Source of the DNA: Acidimicrobiia bacterium
GTDB lineage: Bacteria; Actinomycetota; Acidimicrobiia; IMCC26256; DASPTH01
Direction of reading: 5' to 3'
Assembly (NCBI GenBank): GCA_035763625.1
Contig: DASUAS010000334.1
Span: 1-43,735, forward strand
DNA: 43,735 nt
Below, piece after piece: positions 27,593 to 37,594 of this stretch. Position 1 is the first letter of the stretch. Every line of letters starts with the position of its first letter. The notes beneath the pieces are model-generated. The model did not search any database. It saw only the letters and a list, made by a program, of their open reading frames with translations, and was not told where the DNA came from. Both the position numbers and the translations under genes were made by a program.

Positions 27593-29010
27593 GTGGGGAA
27601 CGGAACCGAAGGAAGCGACCAGGTCACACGGCACCGCCTCAGGTGGCCGTGGGCGATCGTCGCAGTCGCGCTCGTGGTGGCGCTCGGCGTGTGGTGGCTG
27701 GCGTTCCGATCCGACGGTGGCAGCGCGTCGGCGGCCGCGACCCAACAGCTGGTCCCGGTCACGCGCGGCCCCATCGGCAGCGCGGTGAGCGCGGAAGGCA
27801 CGGTGGCCGCGGCACAGACCGCGAACCTGTCGTTCGGGGGTTCGGGCACTGTGACCGCGGTGAACGTGAAGGCCGGCGACACGGTGACCACAGGTCAGGT
27901 CCTCGCGACGATCGACTCCGCGCAGCTGGCCTCGGCGGTGTCGTCGGCACAGGCGAGCCTCGCGACCGCGCAGGCCAAGCTCGCTGACGACCAGTCGTCG
28001 GGCGCATCGTCCGACCAGATCGGTGCCGACCAGGCCAACGTCACGTCGGCGAACGACAACCTGACGAGCGCGCAGCAGGCGCTCTCGGGCACGTCCCTCG
28101 TCGCGACCTTCGACGGCACCGTCTCGCAGGTCAACGTCACCCGCGGTGAACAGGTCGGGAGCAGCGGGACCGGTGCGACGTCCGCGACCGGCACCGGCAC
28201 CGGTTCGGGACAGTCCGCGGCGTCGCTCGGCTCCGGGACCGGATCCGGGAATGGTGGCAACGGCGGTTTCGGCGGCGGCGCCAGCTCCTCGTCGAGCGGC
28301 ACGCCGTCGACGTCGCCCGCGATCCAGGTGGTCAGCCAGGGTCAGTACACGGTGACGCTGTCGGTCGCGTCGAGCGACGTCGTGCGCGTCGCCACCGGCC
28401 AGGGGGCGACGTTGACCGTGACCACGTCCAGCACGGGCGGCGGACGCGGCGGGATCTTCGCGCAGCTCTTCGGCGGGGGTGCTCGCGGCGCGACCAGAGG
28501 CACCGATGGGACGGGTGGAACCGGTGCGGCCGGCGCGACCGCGGGCGTCGGCGCGACCGCGACCGGCGCCGTGGCGTCGGTGAGCAAGGTCGCCACGACG
28601 ACCTCCGGCGTCGCCGGGTATCCGGTCGTCATCTCCTTCGATGCCGACGCGAACGCCTTCTACCCCGGCGCGACCGTGAGTGCCGCCATCGCCACACAGG
28701 CGAAGAACGACGTGCTCCAGGTGCCGACGCGGGCCATCTCGACCCGCAACGGATCGTCGGTCGTGACCGTCTCGACGTCCGGCAAGGTCGGCGGCTCGAC
28801 GGCGGTGCGCCCGGTGACCACCGGCATCACCGCGGGGGGCGAGACCGAGATCACCTCCGGGCTCACGAAGGGTGAGGACGTCGTGATCACGCTGCCGACC
28901 TTCGGCGGCGCCCGCACCCGCGGCACCGGTGGCTTCGGTGGCGGCGGCGGTGGGTTCGGTGACGGAGGCGGTGCCGGTACCGGCGGCTTCGGCGGCGGGA
29001 ACCGGGGCGG

Positions 29011-29014
<4 letters not shown>
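27593..29014 (+). CDS. membrane-fusion (HlyD/MacA-type) adaptor 1 with low-complexity inserts and a Gly-rich tail
   Basis: N-terminal TM helix (WPWAIVAVALVVALGVWWLAF), a lipoyl hairpin (VNVKAGDTVTTGQVLATID ... ATFDGTVSQVNV), coiled-coil and beta-barrel segments. The start is set to in-frame GTG 27593 (GGAGAGG upstream), and GTG 27485 is possible. Its stop overlaps the ATPase ATG (ATGA at 29011-29014). Confidence 0.8.
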
Positions 29015-29729
<715 letters not shown>

Positions 29730-29733
<4 letters not shown>

Positions 29734-30962
29734 GCTGGCGCGACACGTTGCGCACGGCCACCGAAGCGGTGCGGACCCACCGGCTGCGCTCCGCGCTCAC
29801 CATGCTCGGGATCCTGATCGGGATCACCGCGGTCGTGCTCACGGTCGGCATCGGCGACGGCGCCAAGCAGCAGGTACAGGACCAGATCAACGAGCTGGGA
29901 ACCAACGTGCTGGTGGTCTCGCCGGGCAGCACGACCTCCGCCACCGGCCTGCGCGGCGGCTTCGGGTCGGCCTCGACGCTCACCCAGCAGGACGCGAACG
30001 CGCTCGCGACGAAGTCCGACGCGCCCGACATCCAGGCACTGGCACCGGTGTCGTCGTCCTCGGCGGAGCTCGTCGTCGGCAGCGCCAACTGGACGACGAC
30101 GCTCACCGGTACCACCCCGAGCTGGTCGGTGGTGCGCTCGCGCTCGGTCACGAGTGGACGCTTCCTCAACGAGGCCGACGTTCGCAACGCGTCCGCGGTC
30201 GTCGTCCTCGGCCCGGACACCGCCCAACAGCTCTTCGGCAACGCCAACCCGCTGGGCCAGACGCTGGCGGACGACGGGGTGCGGCTCGAGGTGATCGGCG
30301 TGCTGCAACCGCTCAGCTCGTCGGAGCAGACGTCGAACAACGACCTCGCAATCGTGCCCGCGTCGACGTATGCGCAGAAGCTCGTCGGCGGGGTCAACCG
30401 CAACTCCGTGAGCTCGATCTACGTGAAGGCGACGTCGGCGCAGTCGTTGTCTGCGGCGTACCAGGAAGCCGACGCGCTGCTGCTCAACACGCACAAGATC
30501 GCGGCCGCGGCCAATGCCGACTTCAACATCGCCACGCAGCAGTCGATCCTGGCTGCGTCCACCTCGGTGGACGACACCCTCACGGTGATGCTCGCAGGCA
30601 TCGCGGTCATCGCACTGCTGGTCGGCGGCATCGGCGTGATGAACATCATGCTGGTGTCGGTCACCGAGCGGTACCGCGAGATCGGCGTGCGCAAGGCCAT
30701 CGGCGCGCGCCCGAGCGTCATCCGTCGTCAGTTCCTCGTGGAGGCGTCGGTGCTCGGACTCGCCGGCGGGATCCTCGGCGTCGCGCTGGGTCTCCTCGGC
30801 GCAGTCCTGATCCCCGCCTTCAGCAGCTCGCAGGTCGTGATCTCGGTGCCGGCCGCGCTCGGAGCGATCGTGGTCGCCGTCGGCATCGGTGTCGTGTTCG
30901 GCGTGTACCCCGCGTCTCGAGCCGCGCGGCTCGCGCCGATCGACGCGCTGAGGAGCGAATGA
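29730..30962 (+). CDS. MacB-type ABC permease (FtsX domain with extracytoplasmic MacB_PCD-like domain)
   Basis: The start is ATG 29730, overlapping the ATPase stop (ATGA). It reads [32 protein letters not shown]..., has a large extracytoplasmic domain and a C-terminal FtsX region ([16 protein letters not shown]). Confidence 0.9.
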
Positions 30963-32779
30963 CGATGGACGCGCCTCGCCGCGACTCCGCCGAGCGCCGT
31001 CTCGCCACCCTGTTTCCCACAGTGGGTGTGCAACCGGCGCCGCGACCTTGGTACCGCCGCACCAGCGTCGTCGTCGCGGTCGCCGTGGCGGTCGTCCTCT
31101 CGGTCGGACTCGTCGCCACCCAGGCGTTCGGCGGGTCGGGTGACTCCTACCGCACCGCCGACGCGTCGATGGAGGACGTCGACGCGGTGCAGACCGGCGT
31201 CGCCACCATCGAGCCCGTCGCCCAGGCCACGGTGGCGTTCCCGGTGAGCGGGTCGGTGGCGACGGTCAACGTGCAGGTCGGTGACCACGTCGACGCGGGC
31301 GGGACGCTCGCGTCGCTCGACACGACCGCGCTGGCGCGCGCCCTGCACGAGAAGCAGGCGGCGCTGGCCCAGGCACAGCTGACGCTGGACAAGGGCATGT
31401 CCGGCCAGCCGATCTCGCTCGGCCCGGGCGGAAGCGGCGGCGGGGGCGCAAGCGGCGGCGGCAGCGGGAGCGCGGCGACCTCCGGCGGCGCGTCCTCGGC
31501 GTCGAGCGCCGCGTACCGGAGCGGCAACGACCCGCGGCTCGTGCTCGCGGCGACGACGGACGACCCCGCGCTCGTGGCCGCGCGCCAGGCCGTCGTGACG
31601 GCGCAGCAGCACGTCGACGCCGCACTGGCCGATGCGGCCACCGCGCTCACCTCGGAGAGCAGCGTCTGCGCACCCTTCACGACGTCGCCGACGACGACCA
31701 CGACGACGCCGGGAAGCAGCAGTCCCGACGTCACCGCGTGCCAGCAGGCGATCACCGCGGTGAGCAACGCGCAGTCGGCCGTGAGTGCGGCGCAGCAGGC
31801 CCTCGCCGCCGCGGCCGGGAACCTCGACGCCTTGCTCGCCACCACGTCTCCACCGTCGAGCCCGCCCGCATCGCCATCGGATCGCGGCCCCGCGACACCC
31901 TCCACGCCCGCGACGGGCAGCACCGGTGGTGGTGGCGGGAGCGCGAGCGGCGGCGCGTCCCGGAGTGGGTCGTCCGGAGGATCCTCAGGAGGCGCGTCGG
32001 GCGGCGGCTTCGGCTCGAGCTCCGGGCCGTCGGCCGCCGACCTGGTCGCTGCGCAACGCAACGTCGACGCGGCGACGATGGCGGTGCTCGCAGCGCAGCA
32101 GTCGATGGACCAGGCGACGATCGCGAGCCCGCTGGCGGGGACGGTCGTCGCGGTGGACATGAAGGTGGGCGACGCGGTGTCGGCTGCTTCGTCGACCGAG
32201 GACATCGCCGTCGAGGGAACGGGCGGGTACGAGGTCTCGACCGCCGTTGGCGTCGATCAGATCCCGTCGATCGCGGTCGGGCAGCCGGCGACCGTCGTCC
32301 CCGACGGTGGTCACCGTCAGCTCACCGGCAAGGTCGTCGCCATCTCGATCGCGCCCTCGTCGACCTCGACCTATCGGGTCGTCATCGGACTGACCCATCC
32401 CGACGCGCGCCTGCAGGACGGCGCGACCGGCACCGTCGACGTCGTGACGCACCGCGCGCGATCCGCGCTCGCCGTGCCCACGTCGGCGATCGTGACCGTC
32501 CGCAACCGTCATTTCGTGCACGTGCTGCGCGGTGGCACCGAGACGCTCACGCCGGTGCAGGTCGGCGTGGTCGGCGCCACCTGGACCGAGATCCGCTCCG
32601 GCATCTCCCGCGGCACGCCGGTGGTGCTGGCCGACGCGTCGGCGCCGCTCCCCGGCTCGGCGACCTCGTCGCCCACTGGTACGCAGTCGACCACGCCGTT
32701 CGGCGGCTTCGGCCGCCTGTTCGGCGGAGGCGCGGGCGGAGGCGCGGGCGGAGGCGCGCGAGGTGCACGTGGTGGATGA
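30959..32779 (+). CDS. membrane-fusion (HlyD/MacA-type) adaptor 2 with very long low-complexity insert and a Gly-rich tail
   Basis: ATG 30959 overlaps the permease stop (ATGA), and ATG 30965 is an alternative. It has a TM helix ([16 protein letters not shown]) and lipoyl halves ([19 protein letters not shown] ... [18 protein letters not shown]). These are separated by about 230 aa rich in S, G, A, P and T. A beta-barrel/MPD region follows. It forms the C-terminal part of the 1033-aa ORF 29678..32779. Confidence 0.78.
   Translation: MTMDAPRRDSAERRLATLFPTVGVQPAPRPWYRRTSVVVAVAVAVVLSVGLVATQAFGGSGDSYRTADASMEDVDAVQTGVATIEPVAQATVAFPVSGSVATVNVQVGDHVDAGGTLASLDTTALARALHEKQAALAQAQLTLDKGMSGQPISLGPGGSGGGGASGGGSGSAATSGGASSASSAAYRSGNDPRLVLAATTDDPALVAARQAVVTAQQHVDAALADAATALTSESSVCAPFTTSPTTTTTTPGSSSPDVTACQQAITAVSNAQSAVSAAQQALAAAAGNLDALLATTSPPSSPPASPSDRGPATPSTPATGSTGGGGGSASGGASRSGSSGGSSGGASGGGFGSSSGPSAADLVAAQRNVDAATMAVLAAQQSMDQATIASPLAGTVVAVDMKVGDAVSAASSTEDIAVEGTGGYEVSTAVGVDQIPSIAVGQPATVVPDGGHRQLTGKVVAISIAPSSTSTYRVVIGLTHPDARLQDGATGTVDVVTHRARSALAVPTSAIVTVRNRHFVHVLRGGTETLTPVQVGVVGATWTEIRSGISRGTPVVLADASAPLPGSATSSPTGTQSTTPFGGFGRLFGGGAGGGAGGGARGARGG
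32723..32758 (+). repeat. perfect 12-bp tandem repeat (GGCGGAGGCGCG) x3
   Basis: Three identical head-to-tail copies read directly at 32723-32734, 32735-32746 and 32747-32758. They are in frame and encode (GGGA)3 in the adaptor-2 tail. Confidence 0.9.
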
Positions 32780-32835
32780 CACCCGAGTCCCGACCGACCC
32801 ACGGCAGAGACCACACGCACACGAGGAGCACGACC

Positions 32836-33759
32836 ATGTCCTTCACACGAGTCCAGGCGCGGAGATGGTTGCTCGCGCTGGCTGCACCGGGCGCGCTCGT
32901 CGCGCTCACCTTCGGCGCCAGTGCGGCCGTCGCGCAGACGAACGGCAACGGCGGCTTCGCGGTGGGTTCGGTCACCAGCGTGCACGGCACGTCGGTGCAG
33001 GTGAGCAACACCGCGCAGAACAGCGAATCGACCGTCACGTTGCAGGCATCGACGCAGTACACGAAGCGCGAGACCGCGACCGCGTCGGCGGTCACCGTCG
33101 GCACGTGCGTGCGCGTGCTCGGCACCGGGAGCACGGAGAAGGGCATCACCGCCCGGACCGTTGCGGTGAGCCCGTCCACCGCGAACGGCTGTGCCGGCCC
33201 CGGCAACCGGGGCACTGGCGGTCCGGGTGCGCGCGGCGAAGGGTTTCGCGGCGCCAACGGCCAACGGCCGCGCAACTTCGGCAACCGCGCCGGTCCCAAC
33301 GGAGCGAACAACCGGACGCGTGGCTCGAACTTCGCGGTCGCGTCAGGTCCGGTCGTGTCGGTCGACGGTGACTCGGTGGTCGTGAAGTCGACGAGCTTCG
33401 TGCGTCCGAACCCGTCGTCGTCCAAGTCGAAGACGTCGGCGAAGTCCACCACGACGACGAAGGCGAAGGGCGCGTCGACCTCGAACACCGCGCCGAAGAC
33501 CGCGACCAGCGACGTGAAGGTCGAGCTCACGAGCACGAGCCAGATCTCCCAGACCGTCAGCGCGAGCGCGACCGACGTGACCGTCGGTGCGTGCGTGACG
33601 GCGACCGGCACCTCGAGCGGCGGAGGCGTGGACGCCAACCGGGTCGCGATCTCGGATCCCGTGAACGGCCAGTGCCTCGGCGGGTTCGGCGGCTTCGGCC
33701 GCTTCGGCGGTGGGACCGGCGGCTCGAACACCGGCACCGGGTCGAGCGGGAAGGTGTGA
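32836..33759 (+). CDS. secreted protein with two DUF5666-like repeats, an RG/NG-rich linker and a Gly-rich tail
   Basis: ATG 32836 has GAGGAG 7 nt upstream. The signal peptide MSFTRVQARRWLLALAAPGALVALTFGASAAVA is possibly Tat-type (RRW-LL). Two repeats are visible: G-V-SV-G-S/T-V-V ... VTVG-CV ... V-V/IS. Confidence 0.7.
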   Translation: MSFTRVQARRWLLALAAPGALVALTFGASAAVAQTNGNGGFAVGSVTSVHGTSVQVSNTAQNSESTVTLQASTQYTKRETATASAVTVGTCVRVLGTGSTEKGITARTVAVSPSTANGCAGPGNRGTGGPGARGEGFRGANGQRPRNFGNRAGPNGANNRTRGSNFAVASGPVVSVDGDSVVVKSTSFVRPNPSSSKSKTSAKSTTTTKAKGASTSNTAPKTATSDVKVELTSTSQISQTVSASATDVTVGACVTATGTSSGGGVDANRVAISDPVNGQCLGGFGGFGRFGGGTGGSNTGTGSSGKV

Positions 33760-33785
33760 CGCCGCGAGGACACGCGGTCAGGGTC

Positions 33786-33844
33786 CTCGTCGCTACGACG
33801 AGCGTCGCATCGAGCGACTCACCCTCGTGCCCGCGTTCGCGGGC
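33786..33844. terminator. cluster of three short GC hairpins in a convergent intergenic region
   Basis: The hairpins are CTCGTCG-CTA-CGACGAG (33786-33802), GTCGC-ATCGA-GCGAC (33804-33818) and GCCCGCG-TT-CGCGGGC (33829-33844). They lie between the DUF5666 gene and the crotonase gene. Confidence 0.4.
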
Positions 33845-33862
33845 TGAACTTCGCGCGCCGCG

Positions 33863-34600
33863 TCAGCGGTCGCCGGGCTGTGACAGCTTGGCGACCGCGG
33901 CACGCGCCTCGGGATCGTCAGCCCAGTTGAAGCCGGGAGGAGTCGCGTGGTGGCGGGCGGACTCCTCGGCCAGGATCGTGCGGCGGACTCGTACGTTCTG
34001 GCGCACGGCCCACTGCGGGTGCGCGAGCAGCTCGCGGGCCAGGTCCTCGGCCGCGGCGAGGTGGCCGCGTGCCTCGACCAGCCGGGTGACGATGCCGGCG
34101 TCCCACGCCTCCACCGCGGTGAAGCGACGGCCGGTCATCGCGACCTCGGTCGCGAACGCCGGTCGCCCGAGGCGGGGGATGAAGTGCGCGGTCGGGAGCC
34201 CGAGCTTGATCTCGGTGACCTCGAACACCGCGTCGTTGGCGGCGACGAGATGGTCGCAGTACAGCGCGGTGCCCAGCGCATGACCGAGGCAGTAGCCGTG
34301 CACCGCCGCGATCACGGGCTTCCAGCTCGTGCTGTTCGTGAACGCGGCGTATTCGGTGGTGCGCTCGCTCGTCGAGCCTTCGTCCATCGAGCGTTGGAGG
34401 CGGTCGTTCACGTCGCCGCCGCTCGAGAACGACCGACCCTGACCGAACAGGATGGCGACGTCGGCGTCGTCGTCGGTGTCGAGACGATGGAGCGCGTCGA
34501 CGAGTCCGGCGATGTCCTCGTCGCGCAACGCGTTGTGCTTCTCGGGCCGGTTGAAGGAGATGTACGCGATCCGTCCGCGCACCTCGTAGCCGACGGTCAT
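33863..34600 (-). CDS. enoyl-CoA hydratase/isomerase (crotonase family)
   Basis: The start is set to ATG 34600 (MTVGYEVRGRIAYISFNRPEKHNAL). FSSGGDV and AAVHGYCLGHALG are crotonase oxyanion-hole motifs. Confidence 0.85.
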   Translation of the reverse strand: MTVGYEVRGRIAYISFNRPEKHNALRDEDIAGLVDALHRLDTDDDADVAILFGQGRSFSSGGDVNDRLQRSMDEGSTSERTTEYAAFTNSTSWKPVIAAVHGYCLGHALGTALYCDHLVAANDAVFEVTEIKLGLPTAHFIPRLGRPAFATEVAMTGRRFTAVEAWDAGIVTRLVEARGHLAAAEDLARELLAHPQWAVRQNVRVRRTILAEESARHHATPPGFNWADDPEARAAVAKLSQPGDR

Positions 34601-34775
34601 CGCCGCAGAGTACGCGCGCGGCGCGGGTGACTCAGTGGTGTCGGACGCGAGCCGCGGCAGGTCGATCTCGACCACGGCCATTGCGCGGACGGCCGCGCGC
34701 GAGGCATTGTGGGCGTTCGGGGAGATGGAAGGGCTTCGCCGGCAGATGGTGTCGCTCGACGAACGAGAGGTGACC

Positions 34776-35222
34776 ATGACCAACGGCGACGTGCACGGGC
34801 CGATCGACTTCGTCCTCGTCGAGTTCCCCGGCGATCGGATGACCGGCGGCGCGGCCGAGGCGCTGGTCGACCTCGTGGAGGCCGGGATCATCCGGATCTA
34901 CGACCTGCTGGTCGTGCGCAAGGAGCAGGACGGATCGTTCTCGGGCTTCGACGTCGCCGATCTCCCGGGTGGTGCAGGCGGCGGGTTCGTCGCCTTCACC
35001 GGCGCCCGGTCCGGGCTGCTGGGTGACGACGACCTCAAGCAGGCCGCTGACGTCATGGACCCCGGCACGATGGCCGCGCTCATCGTGTACGAGAACACCT
35101 GGGCCATCCCCTTCGTCTCCCGAGCCATGGAAGCCGGCGCGCAGCTGATCGCCAGCGCGCGGATCCCGGCCGATGTGGTGAACGAGGCACTCGACGAGCT
35201 CGAGGCCCAGGACGCCGGCTGA
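34776..35222 (+). CDS. DUF6325-like protein
   Basis: MTNGDVHGPIDFVLVEFPGDRMTGGAAEALVDLVEAGIIRIYDLLVVRKEQDGS... . The family assignment is from memory of the VEFPG...IRI.DL..V.K pattern. GAGAGG lies upstream, and GTG 34770 is an alternative start. Confidence 0.6.
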   Translation: MTNGDVHGPIDFVLVEFPGDRMTGGAAEALVDLVEAGIIRIYDLLVVRKEQDGSFSGFDVADLPGGAGGGFVAFTGARSGLLGDDDLKQAADVMDPGTMAALIVYENTWAIPFVSRAMEAGAQLIASARIPADVVNEALDELEAQDAG

Positions 35223-35270
35223 GCGTCGCGCCAGTCCCACCCCCCGTCGACGAGTCCGAGGAGGACGAAC

Positions 35271-35564
35271 ATGCCCGGTCTGCTTCGAGGAGTCGCCCGC
35301 ACCGCGGTCGTCGCGGGTACCGCGACCGCGGTGAGCGGGCGCGTGCAGCGTCGCCAGGCGGAGAAGTACGCCGATCGTGACGCGCAGATCTACGCCGATC
35401 GGGAAGCTGCGTACCAGCAGCAGGTCGCGCCGGCACCGGCCGCCGCACCCGCGCCGGCGGCCGATCCCATCGCGCAGCTCAAGGACCTCGCGCAGCTGCA
35501 CGATCAGGGCGTCCTGACCGACGACGAGTTCGCCGCCCAGAAGGCGAAGATCCTGGCTCAGTAG
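35271..35564 (+). CDS. SHOCT-domain protein
   Basis: 97 aa. The C-terminus IAQLKDLAQLHDQGVLTDDEFAAQKAKIL is the SHOCT motif. The N-terminus is Gly/Ala/Thr-rich and hydrophobic. Confidence 0.7.
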   Translation: MPGLLRGVARTAVVAGTATAVSGRVQRRQAEKYADRDAQIYADREAAYQQQVAPAPAAAPAPAADPIAQLKDLAQLHDQGVLTDDEFAAQKAKILAQ

Positions 35565-35575
35565 GCCGCCGTCGT

Positions 35576-37252
35576 TCAGTCGCGATCGGCGATCGCGTCC
35601 AGGGCGGCGTCGATGGTGGGATAGAAGTGCGCGCGGTCGAGGGTCGCATAGAGGCCGTAGTCACCCACGAGCTCTTGAAGGCGCGTGCGCAACTCTACGA
35701 ACGCGATGTGGATCCCCTCTCCGTCGAGCTCGAGGTCGAGTTGCTCGAGCATCTCCGCCGCGGTCACGTCGATGTCGGTGATCGCCTCGCACTGGAGCAC
35801 GACCCAGCGCGGCGCACGGTCGTGCACGAGACCCCTGATCTGCCGTCGGAACGCCCCGGCGTTGGCGAAGAACAGCGGCGCCTCCCAGCGGTAGACCACG
35901 ACGCCGGGTTCCTCGCGGGCGTCGGGCAGGTCGGACAGCGCGTGCCAGCCCTCGCTGTCGTCGGTGCGGCCGAGCACCGCTCCGTGCGGCCACCAGCTGC
36001 GGCGGAAGAAGAGCAGCACGGCGAGGAAGATCGCGACGACGATGCCCTGCAGCACACCGAGCGCGACCACCCCCAGGGTGGCGACCAGCGAGAGCAGCAA
36101 CGACGATCTCCGCACGGCCGCGTAGCGGCGGAGCGCGCCGAGGTTGGTGAGCGAGAGGGCGGCCGCGATCACCACGCCCGCCAGCGCCGACTGCGGGAGA
36201 TCCGAGAGCAGCGAGTTCAGGAACAGCAGCAGGATCGCGACGAGACCAGCGCCGACCACGCCGGTCAGCTGCGTCTTCGCGCCCGACTGTTCGGCCACCG
36301 CGGTGCGCGACCCGCTCGTCGAGATCGCGAAGCCCTGGAAGAAGCCGGCGACGACGTTGGCGGCGCCGATGCCGATCATCTCCTGGTCGGGCTGGAGCTC
36401 GTCGCCCCGGCGCGCCGCGAAGCTCGACGCGGTCGCGATGGTGTCGGTGAGCGACACGAGCACGATGCCGATGGCCGCGAGCAGCAGCGGGCCGACGTCG
36501 TCGAGCGACGTCCACGGCATCGAGGGCTTCGGGAAGCCCTTCGGCAGGGTGCCGACGGTCGCGACGCCGTGCGCGGCGAGATCGAACACCGCCGAGACGA
36601 TCGTCGCCGCCGCCACCGCGACGAGGACCGCGGGGATGCGCGGCACGACGCGCGGCAGCAGGAGGAGCACGAGCAGGACCCCGACACCCACCGCCAGGGC
36701 ACCGGCCTGGGTTGCGTCGAGGTGGTCGACGAACTGGCGGAGCTCGTCGAGGAAGCCGTCGGCGTCGGTGGAGAAGCCGAACAGCTTGGGGAGCTGGCCG
36801 ACGATGATGGTGATGGCCAGACCGTTCATGTAGCCGACCTGCACCTCGCTCGACAGCAGGTCGGCGACGAAGCCGAGCCGTCCGAGGCCGAGCCCCACCT
36901 CGATGATGCCGACCAGCAGTGCGAGCATCCCGGCGAGGACGACGGCCTCGTGCGGGTCGGAGACGACGAGGAGCGGAGTGATCGCGGCGAAGATGAGCGG
37001 CGACACCGACGAATCGGGCCCGAGCACCAGCACCCGGGAAGGTCCGAAGATCGCGTACCCCACGAGGCACGCGATGGTCGTGTAGAGGCCGGTGACCGCG
37101 GGCAGTCCCGCGAGCTCCGCGTACGCCATGCCCTGCGGGACGAGGATGGCGGCGAGCACGAGCCCGGCCACGATGTCGCTGCGCATCCACTCCCGTCGGT
37201 ACGTCCGGGCGACCGTGATCCCCGGGACCCACCGCTCGATCGGCATCGGCAT
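35576..37252 (-). CDS. SulP-family anion transporter with STAS domain (second paralogue)
   Basis: The start is set to ATG 37252 (MPMPIERWVPGITVARTYRREWMRSDIVAGLVLAAILVPQGMAYAELAGLP). A STAS domain lies at the C-terminus. Only the last 558 codons of the 1547-aa ORF 35576..40219 are SulP-like. Confidence 0.85.
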   Translation of the reverse strand: MPMPIERWVPGITVARTYRREWMRSDIVAGLVLAAILVPQGMAYAELAGLPAVTGLYTTIACLVGYAIFGPSRVLVLGPDSSVSPLIFAAITPLLVVSDPHEAVVLAGMLALLVGIIEVGLGLGRLGFVADLLSSEVQVGYMNGLAITIIVGQLPKLFGFSTDADGFLDELRQFVDHLDATQAGALAVGVGVLLVLLLLPRVVPRIPAVLVAVAAATIVSAVFDLAAHGVATVGTLPKGFPKPSMPWTSLDDVGPLLLAAIGIVLVSLTDTIATASSFAARRGDELQPDQEMIGIGAANVVAGFFQGFAISTSGSRTAVAEQSGAKTQLTGVVGAGLVAILLLFLNSLLSDLPQSALAGVVIAAALSLTNLGALRRYAAVRRSSLLLSLVATLGVVALGVLQGIVVAIFLAVLLFFRRSWWPHGAVLGRTDDSEGWHALSDLPDAREEPGVVVYRWEAPLFFANAGAFRRQIRGLVHDRAPRWVVLQCEAITDIDVTAAEMLEQLDLELDGEGIHIAFVELRTRLQELVGDYGLYATLDRAHFYPTIDAALDAIADRD

Positions 37253-37320
37253 CGGCGCGAAGTATGCCGGATCAACACGATGGTTGCGGTTGACGCCGCC
37301 GCGTCGTTCGCTGTCCGCCG

Positions 37321-37520
37321 ATGACGAGCGCACCGAACGCCGCGGGGCCGGCGGAGGGAACCGGCGATCGACGGCTCGCCATCCTCCTCGCGATGGCGAT
37401 GTTCGTCCTGGTGGTCGACACGTCGCTGATGAACGTGTCGATCTCCGCGGTCGTCCACGACCTCGACACGACCGTGAGCGGTGTGCAAGCCGCCATCGCG
37501 CTCGACGCGTTCGTGGTTGA
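37321..37520 (+). pseudogene. 5' remnant of a DHA2-type MFS transporter gene
   Basis: The first ~65 aa of ORF 37321..37659 (RRLAILLAMAMFVLVVDTSLMNVSISAVVHDLDTTVSGVQAAIALDAF) look like TM1 and loop 1 of an EmrB/QacA-type MFS protein. The frame then degenerates into Arg-rich sequence and stops after 112 aa. Confidence 0.4.
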
Positions 37521-37594
37521 CGGCGCCGGATCGCGCGTCGCGGTAGCCGTGCGTTCCATGGCGTTCGCGCCTCGAAGATGGGAGCATCTGCGGC

